Below are positions 1 to 9,120 of a stretch of 63,014 bases of DNA, piece by piece. The translations under genes were made by a program, and so were the position numbers. Position 1 is the first letter of the stretch. The number at the start of each line of letters is the position of its first letter. The notes beneath the pieces were generated by a model that searched no databases, had not been told where the DNA came from, and saw only the letters and a program-made list of their open reading frames with translations. The stretch is from a virus (lineage: Duplodnaviria > Heunggongvirae > Uroviricota > Caudoviricetes), in IMG/VR virus record IMGVR_UViG_3300045988_147415. One strand, written 5' to 3'.

Positions 1-1
1 G

Positions 2-247
2 TACGACCGTCTGTTCAGTGTACCGAACCCAGGGGCTGCGGATGATTTCCTGTCGGTGATTAACCCGGAATCGCTGGTGATCAAACAGGGCTTTGCTGAA
101 CCGTCGCTGAAAGAAGCGGTAGCGGGTAAAGCATTCCAGTTTGAGCGTGAAGGTTATTTCTGCCTCGACAGCCGCCATTCCACGGCGGAAAAACCGGTAT
201 TTAACCGCACCGTTGGGCTGCGTGATACCTGGGCGAAGTTAGGTTAA
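2..247 (+). CDS. glnS: glutaminyl-tRNA synthetase, C-terminal fragment (5' part outside window)
   Basis: Open frame enters from window start; C-terminal residues [12 protein letters not shown]...[16 protein letters not shown] match the conserved GlnRS tail; hairpin terminator follows. Confidence 0.8.
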   Translation, partial: YDRLFSVPNPGAADDFLSVINPESLVIKQGFAEPSLKEAVAGKAFQFEREGYFCLDSRHSTAEKPVFNRTVGLRDTWAKLG

Positions 248-264
248 TAGGTATTTCGCCACAT

Positions 265-298
265 AAAAAAGTAAACGCCGCTACTGCGGCGTTTTTTA
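265..298. terminator. bidirectional Rho-independent terminator between glnS and the convergent methylase gene
   Basis: GC hairpin AACGCCGC-TACT-GCGGCGTT flanked by an A-run upstream and a T-run downstream. Confidence 0.55.
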
Positions 299-1201
299 CT
301 TCATTATCGCAATTATATCGTTAGCAACTACACGTGTTGACGCCTTGCAGGAAACCGACCGTCTGGCTGCCATATGATGTACTTTAAACCCGTTTCCTTC
401 ATATAGTTCACGGATGTTTGGCGCACCACTATTTGTTATCACTACCTTAGCGCCGCGCTGGTGGGCTTCCACCAATAGAGATACCAGCCGTTTCTGTTCG
501 TCGAAACGGAAGCTATTTCCTGAATAACTGGTAAACCCTTCTGTATCCGGCAGCGGTTCATACGGCGGATCGCAAAAAATCACATCGCCTTCACCAGCCG
601 CCTCGATGACGCCAGCAAAGTCACCTGATACAAAGGACGTGTTTTTGAGTACGTCATCAGCCAAAAATGCCTCCATCTCTGCATGTGGGAAGTAGGGCGC
701 TTTGTATTTGCCATACCCCACGTTGAACTCGCCATTTTGGTTGTACCGCGTTACGCCATTAAAACAGTGCCGATTAAGGTACAAAAAGGCGGCAGCATGA
801 TGTAGCTGGTCATACTTTCCTCTGTTAAATGCCTCACGCACTTCGAGGTAAGCGTCAGCGTTGTTGTAATTTTGGAAAAAACTATATGACAGCGTGACGA
901 GCGAATGTCCTTCTCGCTGCAATGTCTGATAGAAGTTAATCAGGTCACCGTTAATATCATTAAGCAGGTTGTGGCGAAATCCTGCATTTGTAAATACGGA
1001 ACCGCCACCAACGAATGGTTCTATTAACCGCTTGCCGTGTGGTAGATGCTCAAGCACTGTAGGCAACTCTGAGAATTTACCGCCTACCCATTTGAAGATC
1101 GGGCGCTCATATTCATCCGGAGTCCGAATGGTGCGCATATAGCTAATTTCAGCCATCGTATCCTGTTTTTTTATGGCTATGCTTGCTATAGATTTACTCA
1201 T
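296..1201 (-). CDS. DNA adenine methyltransferase (Dam family)
   Basis: FKWVGGK...EPFVGGGSV motif I and DPPY catalytic motif; strong overall resemblance to E. coli Dam; start set at MSKSIA with GGGGG RBS, overlapping the upstream stop. Confidence 0.85.
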   Translation of the reverse strand: MSKSIASIAIKKQDTMAEISYMRTIRTPDEYERPIFKWVGGKFSELPTVLEHLPHGKRLIEPFVGGGSVFTNAGFRHNLLNDINGDLINFYQTLQREGHSLVTLSYSFFQNYNNADAYLEVREAFNRGKYDQLHHAAAFLYLNRHCFNGVTRYNQNGEFNVGYGKYKAPYFPHAEMEAFLADDVLKNTSFVSGDFAGVIEAAGEGDVIFCDPPYEPLPDTEGFTSYSGNSFRFDEQKRLVSLLVEAHQRGAKVVITNSGAPNIRELYEGNGFKVHHMAARRSVSCKASTRVVANDIIAIMK

Positions 1202-1844
1202 AGAGCACCCCCTTATTCGCTTCGAAAACTGCCTTTGCGAATCCATGCGGAGTAGCACTTCGAAAATTAGCCCTTTCAGGTCCAGGTGGCGCGGTATGGA
1301 TTCTGTTATCTGGCTTGCCTAATGATTCGTCCATTAGGGCATCAGGCATGACAAAGCCTTGCCCGCTCCAGAGGCATGTTTTTTTGGTGTAATTGTCTTC
1401 CTTGCAATATGCAGTGAAGTGGTAAGGATGGAAGATGTGATCAGGTTTACGCCAGAATGTCGATATTTGGCTGACCGGGTTTTCAATCATGTACGGGCAA
1501 CCAATCATCTTTGCAATATCGTAACACTGCCAGACGACCTGCATCGCTTTGAACTGGAAAAACGGATCTTTGTCAGCCTTATGCGCAAACCAGCGCGCAC
1601 CGGAAACAGCAAGGTCCGTGCACGGCGGAAAACCAGCTAAAAACACAATACGTTGTAAATTATTTCGGAGAAAAGCATAAACTTCATCACTATCGATAAT
1701 CGCACTGATACGTGTCAGAACTGCGCCTGATTGCATCAGCTCATCTCTGGTCTCTGCGTGTTGTGGATCGACGATAACAGCATCTATACCATGCTCCAGC
1801 CAGGGGGCGACCATTTTCCCCGTGAAATCACAAAGACTCACCAT
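1194..1844 (-). CDS. short C5-cytosine methyltransferase-like protein
   Basis: GFPPCTDLAVSG resembles C5-MTase motif IV (PCQ) and MIENP resembles motif VI (ENV); internal ATG chosen because the longer ORF overlaps rdgC by more than 100 nt. Confidence 0.45.
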   Translation of the reverse strand: MVSLCDFTGKMVAPWLEHGIDAVIVDPQHAETRDELMQSGAVLTRISAIIDSDEVYAFLRNNLQRIVFLAGFPPCTDLAVSGARWFAHKADKDPFFQFKAMQVVWQCYDIAKMIGCPYMIENPVSQISTFWRKPDHIFHPYHFTAYCKEDNYTKKTCLWSGQGFVMPDALMDESLGKPDNRIHTAPPGPERANFRSATPHGFAKAVFEANKGVLYE

Positions 1845-1857
1845 CAGAGGTCTATTG

Positions 1858-2763
1858 TTAACGTTCTGCTTCACCACCAACGGCCTCCACCAGCGAAGTG
1901 AACATCGCGGATAATTCAGCAGTAAACAGGATAAAGTCAGCGTCAAATCGTTGCGCAACATCCTCTCGATCAATATCGTCGTTCTGGTCGTACAATTCGT
2001 CGCTGAACGACAAAGCCTTGATACTCATATCGTCATTCAGTCTGAAAAATGCACGGTCTTGCCAGTTAACCGCAACTGTGGTTGCAACCTTACCAGCTTC
2101 TATATGACTCATGATCTCGTCGGATAGCAGGTCCACTTTTTTGCAGCGGACCGCGCCGCCATCATCAAGCAATGCTTTTAAGGTCGCTTCCTCACCGGCA
2201 TGGAAACCGTTCGGGAAGCCATTTTTAATCCAGCCAGTGATGGTCAGTTCTAATGGGTCTTTCGGAGAGAAGGGGACAACGGGCAAGCTGCCAAGCGATT
2301 TCCGTAACAAAGCCAGCTGATCCTCTGCTTTTTTAGCACTGCTGGCCTCGACAAAAACCAGATGATTGCTTCGGTCTATCAGGATTTTAGCGACTGATTT
2401 TCTCGTGAAAGCACGAGGAAGAAGAGAGTGAAGCACTTCATCCTTCAGCGAATCTTTTTCAGTCTTCTTCAGCTTTCTGTCTTGCTCTTCTTCAAGTGTC
2501 AGGATTTTTTTCTGTAACTCTTCTTTGAGCACTTGAGAGGGTAGGATTTTTTCCTCTCGTTTATGCTGTATCAGAAGAAAACCCTGGTATTCATGGGTGA
2601 GGTTGTCGCCAAGAACGGGGGTCCAACCAGCTTTAGCCATATCCTGAGAACCGCATGGGGTAAACACAAACTTGCTAAGGGCTGCATTTACTTCTGCAGT
2701 ATCCCAGCTAACTTCGCGTGAAAGACGATAGATGAAGATATTTTTGAAAGCGACTGATCTCAT
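1858..2763 (-). CDS. rdgC: recombination-associated protein RdgC homolog
   Basis: Near full-length similarity to E. coli RdgC ([60 protein letters not shown]). Confidence 0.85.
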   Translation of the reverse strand: MRSVAFKNIFIYRLSREVSWDTAEVNAALSKFVFTPCGSQDMAKAGWTPVLGDNLTHEYQGFLLIQHKREEKILPSQVLKEELQKKILTLEEEQDRKLKKTEKDSLKDEVLHSLLPRAFTRKSVAKILIDRSNHLVFVEASSAKKAEDQLALLRKSLGSLPVVPFSPKDPLELTITGWIKNGFPNGFHAGEEATLKALLDDGGAVRCKKVDLLSDEIMSHIEAGKVATTVAVNWQDRAFFRLNDDMSIKALSFSDELYDQNDDIDREDVAQRFDADFILFTAELSAMFTSLVEAVGGEAER

Positions 2764-2774
2764 GTCTCACCATT

Positions 2775-2808
2775 TGTGTTAGAAAATACATATTAATTAT
2801 CTAACACA
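2775..2808. promoter_or_regulatory. inverted pair of operator-like motifs (TGTGTTAGAAAATACAT / ATTAATTATCTAACACA) upstream of the rdgC-methylase operon
   Basis: Perfect 9-bp inverted repeat TGTGTTAGA...TCTAACACA; same core TTTCTAACA recurs at 12 or more other promoter regions in the window. Confidence 0.45.
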
Positions 2809-2822
2809 AAGGGGTGCATTTT

Positions 2823-3476
2823 CTATCCTTTCTTGAAATCGAAGTTGCCAGCAGTGGCCTGAAAGGTTCCTCCTGCCTTGAAAGCTATGTCTCCGTTAGC
2901 GGTGACAGCAATATTTTCCCCTTTAACATTGATGTTGTTGGCTGATTTGACGTTAACACTCCCTCCTGCATTCACGATTACATCAGCCGGACCAATGATA
3001 TATATCTGCCCGGACTCATTCATGCCAATCCTTGAGCCTGCTGCCGTATTGGCAATTTCATAGCCGCCACCAGCAGTTCGTACTTCAAGAATATTGTTGC
3101 GGTGAATAACGAAGTCTTTCGTTGCTGAGATTTGGGGGCGGGGAGGTGCTCCATCTACTTCCGGCGGCGTCCAGCCGTTGCCTTTGCCAGATGCTTCTGG
3201 TGCAACGTTTGGAATTCCTCCCGGTGCATCCTGAGCGGCACCAACTATCATTGGGCGTCTGGTGTCTATTCGACCGTTAACATCTAAATAAGGAAACTCT
3301 ACCCAGACCAGGTCACCTTTGACTGTAGGTACAAAAGCGTTTCCGATGGGTAACAGGTATTCCGCCCAGGGTAGATCGTCATCAGGAACGCCATTCCAGT
3401 CAGGTAAAACACGGACTTGAGCACGCATAAGCCCTGCCGGGTGCACAGTTCCAACAATTTGCGCTCTACGCTTCAT
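2823..3476 (-). CDS. phage baseplate assembly protein V-like (spike/OB-fold)
   Basis: N-terminal G.V...G..RV.LP..WAEYLLP...GDLVWVEF pattern typical of gpV/Mu gp45-type baseplate spikes; Gly-rich C-terminal repeats. Confidence 0.65.
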   Translation of the reverse strand: MKRRAQIVGTVHPAGLMRAQVRVLPDWNGVPDDDLPWAEYLLPIGNAFVPTVKGDLVWVEFPYLDVNGRIDTRRPMIVGAAQDAPGGIPNVAPEASGKGNGWTPPEVDGAPPRPQISATKDFVIHRNNILEVRTAGGGYEIANTAAGSRIGMNESGQIYIIGPADVIVNAGGSVNVKSANNINVKGENIAVTANGDIAFKAGGTFQATAGNFDFKKG

Positions 3477-4453
3477 TTGTTCGGCACTCCCAATATCATT
3501 CGTGTTGTGTAGCCTACGCGGTCTTCAAAGTGCGCAACATTTTTTACTATCAGCTTACGGGGCATTGATTCATCAATGCGGTTTTCCTGATCATAGCGGT
3601 ATACGATAATCTCTATCACCATCCCCGGTTTTATATCAGGATTGCCTGCGACTTCTATATCCATTTTGGGGACGAGAGACAGCTGCATATTGCGAAGAGT
3701 TTCCATATCAGAGTCGGATATATAACGCACTGGGAGTGAGCTATCGCCATATTCGACGTAGCCATCGGTCATGGAATACCCAACAAAACGATATTGATTC
3801 TTTGCTGTTGTCGCATGTTCCTGTTGGAGTAGGCGCATTTTTGACAAAGTGTATTCTGCTTTAGGGTTATTCCCCTCGTAGGTAAATGATGGCGTTTGCT
3901 TCATCAGATCAGCCAGGGTGTAAAAGTTAAATTCCCCCCGGCATACCCAACATAATGCACCTTTGTCTCGCGCTATCTGCGAGAGCATTTTTGACGGTTT
4001 GTCACCAGCATTCAGATGATATGTAACTGCGCGTTTTAGCACGCTGCTGGTAATTTTAAGCTTGCCGGAATATGCCTTGAATATAGCGTCTGGTGTTTTG
4101 TTGGTATGTAAATTTGTGCGCGGGGAGGGGATCTTAAACCTGCGCACGTCTTCACTGACAGCAATAACGGTAACAACATCACCAGCCAGCATTGCAGACG
4201 TAACAAAGAAATCTGTTTTAAAAGTGCCTGCATTACCGTTTGGATCGCCCATTTCAGCCACCAGCGATGCACCGTATTTGGCTTTCCAGTCATCAATTAC
4301 GGTGCCGGTAGCGTCATGAATTTCCAGTTTTAGCAAAGGGGCTTTGAGGCTGGTTTTTTCTACATATACTGCGGTAAAAATCCAGTCTCGTGGCACTTTG
4401 TTATCGTTAATGAGCACTGACTGTAGAAAATATTGTTGTAACTCCTGGGCCAC
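3473..4453 (-). CDS. putative phage baseplate/tail protein
   Basis: 326-aa ORF translationally coupled directly upstream of the V-like gene; no recognisable catalytic motifs. Confidence 0.45.
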   Translation of the reverse strand: MAQELQQYFLQSVLINDNKVPRDWIFTAVYVEKTSLKAPLLKLEIHDATGTVIDDWKAKYGASLVAEMGDPNGNAGTFKTDFFVTSAMLAGDVVTVIAVSEDVRRFKIPSPRTNLHTNKTPDAIFKAYSGKLKITSSVLKRAVTYHLNAGDKPSKMLSQIARDKGALCWVCRGEFNFYTLADLMKQTPSFTYEGNNPKAEYTLSKMRLLQQEHATTAKNQYRFVGYSMTDGYVEYGDSSLPVRYISDSDMETLRNMQLSLVPKMDIEVAGNPDIKPGMVIEIIVYRYDQENRIDESMPRKLIVKNVAHFEDRVGYTTRMILGVPNK

Positions 4454-4456
4454 TTA

Positions 4457-5224
4457 TCACCCCATAGATATCGAGGTTTCGGTAATAATACGTTTTGCGT
4501 CCAACTCCCATGCTGTGATCACGTCTGCAATCACACTTATCGGCGCTTGTGTGGCATAAATACGCTCTTCTCCAATTGGTGCCGAAACATCCGTAAATCC
4601 GACTTCTTTGGCATCCTGTATCGAGCAAATCAGCGGGACCGGGACACGAACAAGGTGAGTGGTTGCTTCAAATTGTGTACCTGTCATCAGGCGAAGCCGT
4701 GCGCCCAGCGAATTACACATCAGACTCATGGTCGCTTTATCAGTTGCCATTAACGTAACGTCATACGTCAGAATGGCCTGGGTGTATTCCAGTTCTGCTA
4801 AAGGCATTCCGGTATCCGGTTCGCAAAAACTGGCTACTTTTTTGCGGTCAATCTGCTGATCATCGTTGATATAATTGATATCCATAGTGCGTGAGATATT
4901 GACCAGGGGGAGAGCATCCCGGTTAATGTTCTGGTTTTCAGGTTTTCTCCCTTGCCCGGCATTTGCGCGACGAACTGCTTTAAGAAACTCGATCGAATTG
5001 TCGAAACGGGCCACATAGACACGCTCTGCTGGTGGACGATTCAGGAATGACGCAAAGCGTTTTTCTTCCGGCGCGGGGGCCACCAGTAAGATATCAGAAA
5101 AGATATTGCTGATTAGCGTAGCAAACGCGTTATCCACGCTTTCAAAGCCCGTGGTCTGGAATTTTCCTGTGCGTGAGGTTTGCCATTCACCTGTTCGCGC
5201 CAGGAGGGTTTTATTTGAAGTCAT
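4457..5224 (-). CDS. putative phage tail/baseplate protein
   Basis: 255-aa ORF in the same operon, overlapping start/stop with neighbours. Confidence 0.4.
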   Translation of the reverse strand: MTSNKTLLARTGEWQTSRTGKFQTTGFESVDNAFATLISNIFSDILLVAPAPEEKRFASFLNRPPAERVYVARFDNSIEFLKAVRRANAGQGRKPENQNINRDALPLVNISRTMDINYINDDQQIDRKKVASFCEPDTGMPLAELEYTQAILTYDVTLMATDKATMSLMCNSLGARLRLMTGTQFEATTHLVRVPVPLICSIQDAKEVGFTDVSAPIGEERIYATQAPISVIADVITAWELDAKRIITETSISMG

Positions 5225-6024
5225 TCGATCACTCCGTTTTGAGTCGTATCAAAATTCCTGGCAGGTATGCAGTAGTAAAGCGAACCAACATGCTGTGTGC
5301 CGTAGCTAAAAATACGGTGCACGTACCACCAGCGGCGGGCTACGCCGTTTACCATCTCTTCATTCCATTCAAGAATTGATCCGACGGGGACGTTATTTGC
5401 TGCAATACGCAGAATCAGAACATCATCGGTTAAGCCATCCTGCTCTCCGTCTGCGTCAATCGCATGGAAAGAGTCACGCCCGTCAGGGTTATCCAGCACA
5501 TAAACGATTTCAGGTTCCTGGTAAGTCAGTTCGCGTTGGTTGTTATCCAGTTCAGTGAATGACTCTTCTCCTGTTTCATCGCTGACTACCCCATATGTGC
5601 CAACATCTGGTCGATATAAGAGAGCCTGAAACGCGTCTGGGCTGGATTCAATAATCAGCATCCAGTCTGCGCGGATTTGGTCGTTAAAGGCTTTATGCCC
5701 GTTATAGCGTGCTTTTAGCTGTGGAGTTGGTTCTCTGCCAGCCAGGGAAGGTGGAAGTATGGCTATATCTGATTCGCCAGCATCCGGAGTAAGGCCACCG
5801 TTGCTATCAGCAAAATTATCATGGCTATCAGCTTTGGCGGCGGGTTGCTCTTCCAGAATGCTGAATGAATCCGATCCGGTATTGCCATGTTCCGGCGCGC
5901 CTCCTGCATTCGCTTCAATCGGCGCTGGCGTTTCTCTCTGCGTGCTGTCATGTTCTGACTCCTTACTTGCCAGGTTTGCATCGTCAGCAAACCATTCGTC
6001 AAAACGGCCCATAAGCATCCTCAA
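5221..6024 (-). CDS. hypothetical phage protein (first gene of baseplate operon; acidic N-terminal region)
   Basis: 267-aa ORF with GAGGA RBS; operon position only. Confidence 0.35.
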   Translation of the reverse strand: MRMLMGRFDEWFADDANLASKESEHDSTQRETPAPIEANAGGAPEHGNTGSDSFSILEEQPAAKADSHDNFADSNGGLTPDAGESDIAILPPSLAGREPTPQLKARYNGHKAFNDQIRADWMLIIESSPDAFQALLYRPDVGTYGVVSDETGEESFTELDNNQRELTYQEPEIVYVLDNPDGRDSFHAIDADGEQDGLTDDVLILRIAANNVPVGSILEWNEEMVNGVARRWWYVHRIFSYGTQHVGSLYYCIPARNFDTTQNGVIE

Positions 6025-6102
6025 AGGTCGATCTGTCAGGTATCGAAAGGAAGATTTTCTGGAGATTGTGATTTTGGATGAAGGAGGGGGAATTCATAAA
6101 AT

Positions 6103-6129
6103 GCACTTGCGCACAGTGCAACGGTGCGC
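6103..6129. promoter_or_regulatory. overlapping palindromes GCACTTGCGCACAGTGC / GCGCAC-N9-GTGCGC in the higBA promoter region (candidate HigA operator)
   Basis: Dyad symmetry immediately upstream of a TATAGT -10-like hexamer and the higB RBS. Confidence 0.3.
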
Positions 6130-6174
6130 TATAGTTATGGCATTCGGTAATCATCACGGAGGATCAAATGACTA

Positions 6175-6477
6175 ATGACCAAAAAAATTAACATAAAGGA
6201 TTTCAGGGATGCGTGGCTTGATGATTTTTTTGAATTTTCAACACCACATAGAAAGATACCTCCTGATATTCATATGACATTGTCACGGAAGTTGGACATT
6301 ATCAATGCCGCAACTACCTGTAAGGATTTAAGATCACCACCAGGTAATCGGTATGAGGAACTGTCAGGGAAGCTAAATGGCTATTCATCAGTAAGGGTGA
6401 ATAAGCAATATAGGTTAATTTTTAAGTGGGTTAACGGAAAGGCCGAGGACTTGTATCTCGACCCTCACAAATACTAA
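6175..6477 (+). CDS. higB: HigB-family toxin (plasmid maintenance system killer, RelE/ParE superfamily)
   Basis: DLRSPPGNRYEELSGKLNGYSSVRVNKQYRLIFKWVNG matches the conserved HigB core; toxin-first order with adjacent HTH antitoxin. Confidence 0.8.
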   Translation: MTKKINIKDFRDAWLDDFFEFSTPHRKIPPDIHMTLSRKLDIINAATTCKDLRSPPGNRYEELSGKLNGYSSVRVNKQYRLIFKWVNGKAEDLYLDPHKY

Positions 6478-6547
6478 AACAGATACCCGGTTACGGACCG
6501 GGTTCTGACCAGAGTCCACTTAATACGCACGCTAGTAAGGGCAAAAA

Positions 6548-6886
6548 ATGAAACAGGCAACCAGAAAACCGACGACCGTAGGTGATATCCTGCTGTACGA
6601 ATACCTGGAGCCGTTAGAGCTGAAGATCAACGAGTTAGCAGAAATACTTCATGTTCATCGTAACACCGTAAGTGCTCTTGTTAATAATAATCGTAAGCTA
6701 ACGATGGATATGGCATATCGCCTGGCAAAAGCATTCGATACTTCTGTAGATTTTTGGATTAATCTTCAGACCGCAGTAGATCTGTGGGAAGTCGAAAATG
6801 ATATGCGCGTTCAGGAAGAGTTAAGTCGTATCAATACTGCTGAAAAATTTATTTCTCAGCGGAACCTGAATAAAAAAGCAGCCTGA
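6548..6886 (+). CDS. higA: HigA-family antitoxin (XRE-type HTH)
   Basis: GDILLYEYLEPLELKINELAEILHVHRNTVSALVNNNRKLTMDMAYRLAKAFDTSVDFWINLQ is a classic HigA HTH; directly downstream of higB. Confidence 0.8.
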   Translation: MKQATRKPTTVGDILLYEYLEPLELKINELAEILHVHRNTVSALVNNNRKLTMDMAYRLAKAFDTSVDFWINLQTAVDLWEVENDMRVQEELSRINTAEKFISQRNLNKKAA

Positions 6887-6906
6887 TATAGTAAAACACA
6901 TACAAA

Positions 6907-6935
6907 AAGCCCACTTAGCAAGTGGGCTTTCCTTT
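6907..6935 (+). terminator. Rho-independent terminator after higA
   Basis: Hairpin AAGCCCACT-TAGCA-AGTGGGCTT followed by a T-rich tract. Confidence 0.5.
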
Positions 6936-6942
6936 GTAATTA

Positions 6943-7143
6943 ATGAACATTAAACCTATCCGTACAGAACAAGATTATGAGGCCGCACTGCGTGCGGTCG
7001 AACCGATGTTCGATAACGAACCGGAAATGAATACTCCGGAAGGTGATTTCTTTGAGGTTATGAGTCTTCTCATTGAGGAGTACGAGAAGAAACATTACCC
7101 AATTCAGCCACCATCACCTGTTGAATCTTTTAACTATCCATAA
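6943..7143 (+). CDS. short ORF resembling only the N-terminal (non-HTH) domain of XRE/HigA-type antitoxins; possibly truncated
   Basis: MNIKPIRTEQDYEAALRAVEPMF...EEYEKKHYPI is the usual N-terminal segment of longer antitoxins but the ORF stops before any HTH. Confidence 0.4.
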   Translation: MNIKPIRTEQDYEAALRAVEPMFDNEPEMNTPEGDFFEVMSLLIEEYEKKHYPIQPPSPVESFNYP

Positions 7144-7164
7144 TAAAAGTAATCAGGATAAGCT

Positions 7165-7893
7165 ATGATGTCAGAAAAAGTTAAAGATAATTCGTCTATA
7201 AATGAAACAGAACTAAAATCATTTTCTGAAATAATAAAAGATAAAATATTTAACAAGGTTTTTGCATATGTTGTCATTTCTTTTCTAATCCTTAACTGGA
7301 AGGATATTTTAATTATATTAAAGTCAAAGGACGACATCCTATATACATTATCTATTGTTTTTGTTGGTGGTAATGTACCGTTCTTTGATAATTGGATTGT
7401 ACCCCCGTGGGTTTGTCACGTTGTAATCCCATTTATTTATGGAGTATTTGCATCTGTATTAGCTCCTATTCTCACACTGACGATATCTAAGCTAACAAGT
7501 AAATTATACACTGAAATAAGATATTTAGATGAAGTTGCTGATTATGATAAAAGAATAGAATTGCAAAGAAAGAAAACAAAGTTAAATCAAGCAACCAATG
7601 ACGCTAAATATTCAAAACAAATCTTAGATGAAAATGAAAATAAACTTAATGACTTGGTTACGAAACAGCGAGAAATTTGTGGCGCGATAAAACTATTGCA
7701 TACTGATGTTGGCAGTATTATTGAACTATATAAAAATAAGGGGGTTAGCATTGAATCTCCGCAAGATTTATGTGATTTTATAGTCGCTATAAAAAGCACA
7801 TCATTCTATAATGATGACAAGCATTTTAATAAATTGGTGTCTGATATTTCCAGTTTGTTTGATAATACTGGAATTGATCTTTCAAAAAAATGA
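7165..7893 (+). CDS. AT-rich cargo gene: membrane protein with cytoplasmic coiled-coil domain (candidate abortive-infection/defence protein)
   Basis: Strong drop in GC over the ORF; three hydrophobic helices then a Lys/Glu/Asn-rich coiled-coil region; own terminator. Confidence 0.55.
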   Translation: MMSEKVKDNSSINETELKSFSEIIKDKIFNKVFAYVVISFLILNWKDILIILKSKDDILYTLSIVFVGGNVPFFDNWIVPPWVCHVVIPFIYGVFASVLAPILTLTISKLTSKLYTEIRYLDEVADYDKRIELQRKKTKLNQATNDAKYSKQILDENENKLNDLVTKQREICGAIKLLHTDVGSIIELYKNKGVSIESPQDLCDFIVAIKSTSFYNDDKHFNKLVSDISSLFDNTGIDLSKK

Positions 7894-7899
7894 AAGCCC

Positions 7900-7940
7900 A
7901 GCATAAACTACTAGGCTATGTGTGGTTTATGCTTTTTTTA
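7900..7940 (+). terminator. Rho-independent terminator after the AT-rich membrane-protein gene
   Basis: Hairpin AGCATAAAC...GTTTATGCT followed by TTTTTTT. Confidence 0.5.
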
Positions 7941-9120
7941 CATACTCCATGAACATTTTTTCAGCTTGTGCTGGTGGTGTTCCAGCCATGACAAGCGCAT
8001 CAATGAACGCCTGCTTCTTCAGTGCGAACTGATCGGCAAGGCGTTGCTGAAGCTCCTTGTTTTTCTGTTTCTCACGTTGCAAGGCCGCTTCTTTTGCTGC
8101 CGCCCGTTTTTTCTGTGCATCTGACAACTTTCTGGCCTTGGTCAATTGGTCACGTAGTTTGTCGATCTTGCCGTTGTCCTTTGCCAGTTTTGTACTTAAA
8201 GCTGCCTGGCGCTTCTGATAGAGCCTCCATTCGCGTTTGGCGGCTTCAACGTTCGTTTTACTGCTACGATTGCGATTAAACTCCTTCTCGTCTTCTTTTG
8301 AGAAGTGTTTAGTTGTACGGCGGCGATCGTCACCAAATGCAATTTGCGTTGCAGCCTTTTGTAGCGCACGAGCAATACTCATTTGCCAACTGGCGGACTG
8401 TAACCGCGTCATTGAGTGGATCACGTGTTTACAGGCGACGCCTTGCAGCTTCGGGTTGCGAACTTTTGGATAGGCGTATTCTTTTGGCGGTGCCAGGGCA
8501 AAGTTACCCGCAGTGGCGATGTAACGATACCAGTATTGATGACGACCACAGTCACAATCGAAAGACACTCGCCCGGCGCACAGTGATTTAGTGATTTTGA
8601 GAGCTGATTTATCGTCTTCTGCGATGTCATCAACCATCTGATCCCATTCTTCAAAGCGTATCCTGACGATATGGTGCTGGTGGACGGATATATCCGATGC
8701 TTCTACGCGGATATTAATCACATTGTGGCGAAGAGATACGGGTGTAGCTCTTTTGATACCAGATCCGTCATCCACGGCGTTATTTGCACGCTTAATATCG
8801 ATTGCCTGGCTGGATGCCACCAGCTGGGCGTATGTGATGCCAGCCGTCTTGCTGTCATATTTTTCGCGCGTTTTACTCCGTAGCTTTTCGAAACCTTTCA
8901 GGTCGTCTCGCGTGAAGAACGTGCCGCCTTTTTTCTTCCCTAACTTGAGAATATCTTCGGCGGATTTGTTCCTCAGTCTACCTGGCGTCAGCGTCCGGTG
9001 AGCTTGTCGGCGCTTACGGGTTTGTTCTTTCCTGATAAGGTCGAATAAACGCGTGAAGTCCTTAGAGGACAGGCCGTCAGTGATATAGCGCCCGTCCTGG
9101 TTTTTCAGGAAATCAGGCAT
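7927..9120 (-). CDS. SWIM zinc-finger protein with Lys/Arg-rich coiled-coil C-terminus
   Basis: FDCDCGRHQYWYRY...GVACKHVIH fits the CxCx(n)CxH SWIM motif; 397 aa. Confidence 0.55.
   Translation of the reverse strand: MPDFLKNQDGRYITDGLSSKDFTRLFDLIRKEQTRKRRQAHRTLTPGRLRNKSAEDILKLGKKKGGTFFTRDDLKGFEKLRSKTREKYDSKTAGITYAQLVASSQAIDIKRANNAVDDGSGIKRATPVSLRHNVINIRVEASDISVHQHHIVRIRFEEWDQMVDDIAEDDKSALKITKSLCAGRVSFDCDCGRHQYWYRYIATAGNFALAPPKEYAYPKVRNPKLQGVACKHVIHSMTRLQSASWQMSIARALQKAATQIAFGDDRRRTTKHFSKEDEKEFNRNRSSKTNVEAAKREWRLYQKRQAALSTKLAKDNGKIDKLRDQLTKARKLSDAQKKRAAAKEAALQREKQKNKELQQRLADQFALKKQAFIDALVMAGTPPAQAEKMFMEYVKKA

Noticed and set aside
1359-1640. 93-aa ORF on the plus strand
   Set aside because: Lies entirely antisense within the C5-methylase-like gene; no RBS and no recognisable product
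1898-2320. Two 69-aa plus-strand ORFs
   Set aside because: Antisense shadows inside the well-supported rdgC homolog
4036-4319. Overlapping 85/86-aa ORFs on both strands
   Set aside because: Embedded in the 3473..4453 tail gene; low-complexity translations
5759-6175. 138-aa plus-strand ORF
   Set aside because: Overlaps the 5' end of the minus-strand tail gene and runs through the higBA promoter palindromes; more likely regulatory DNA
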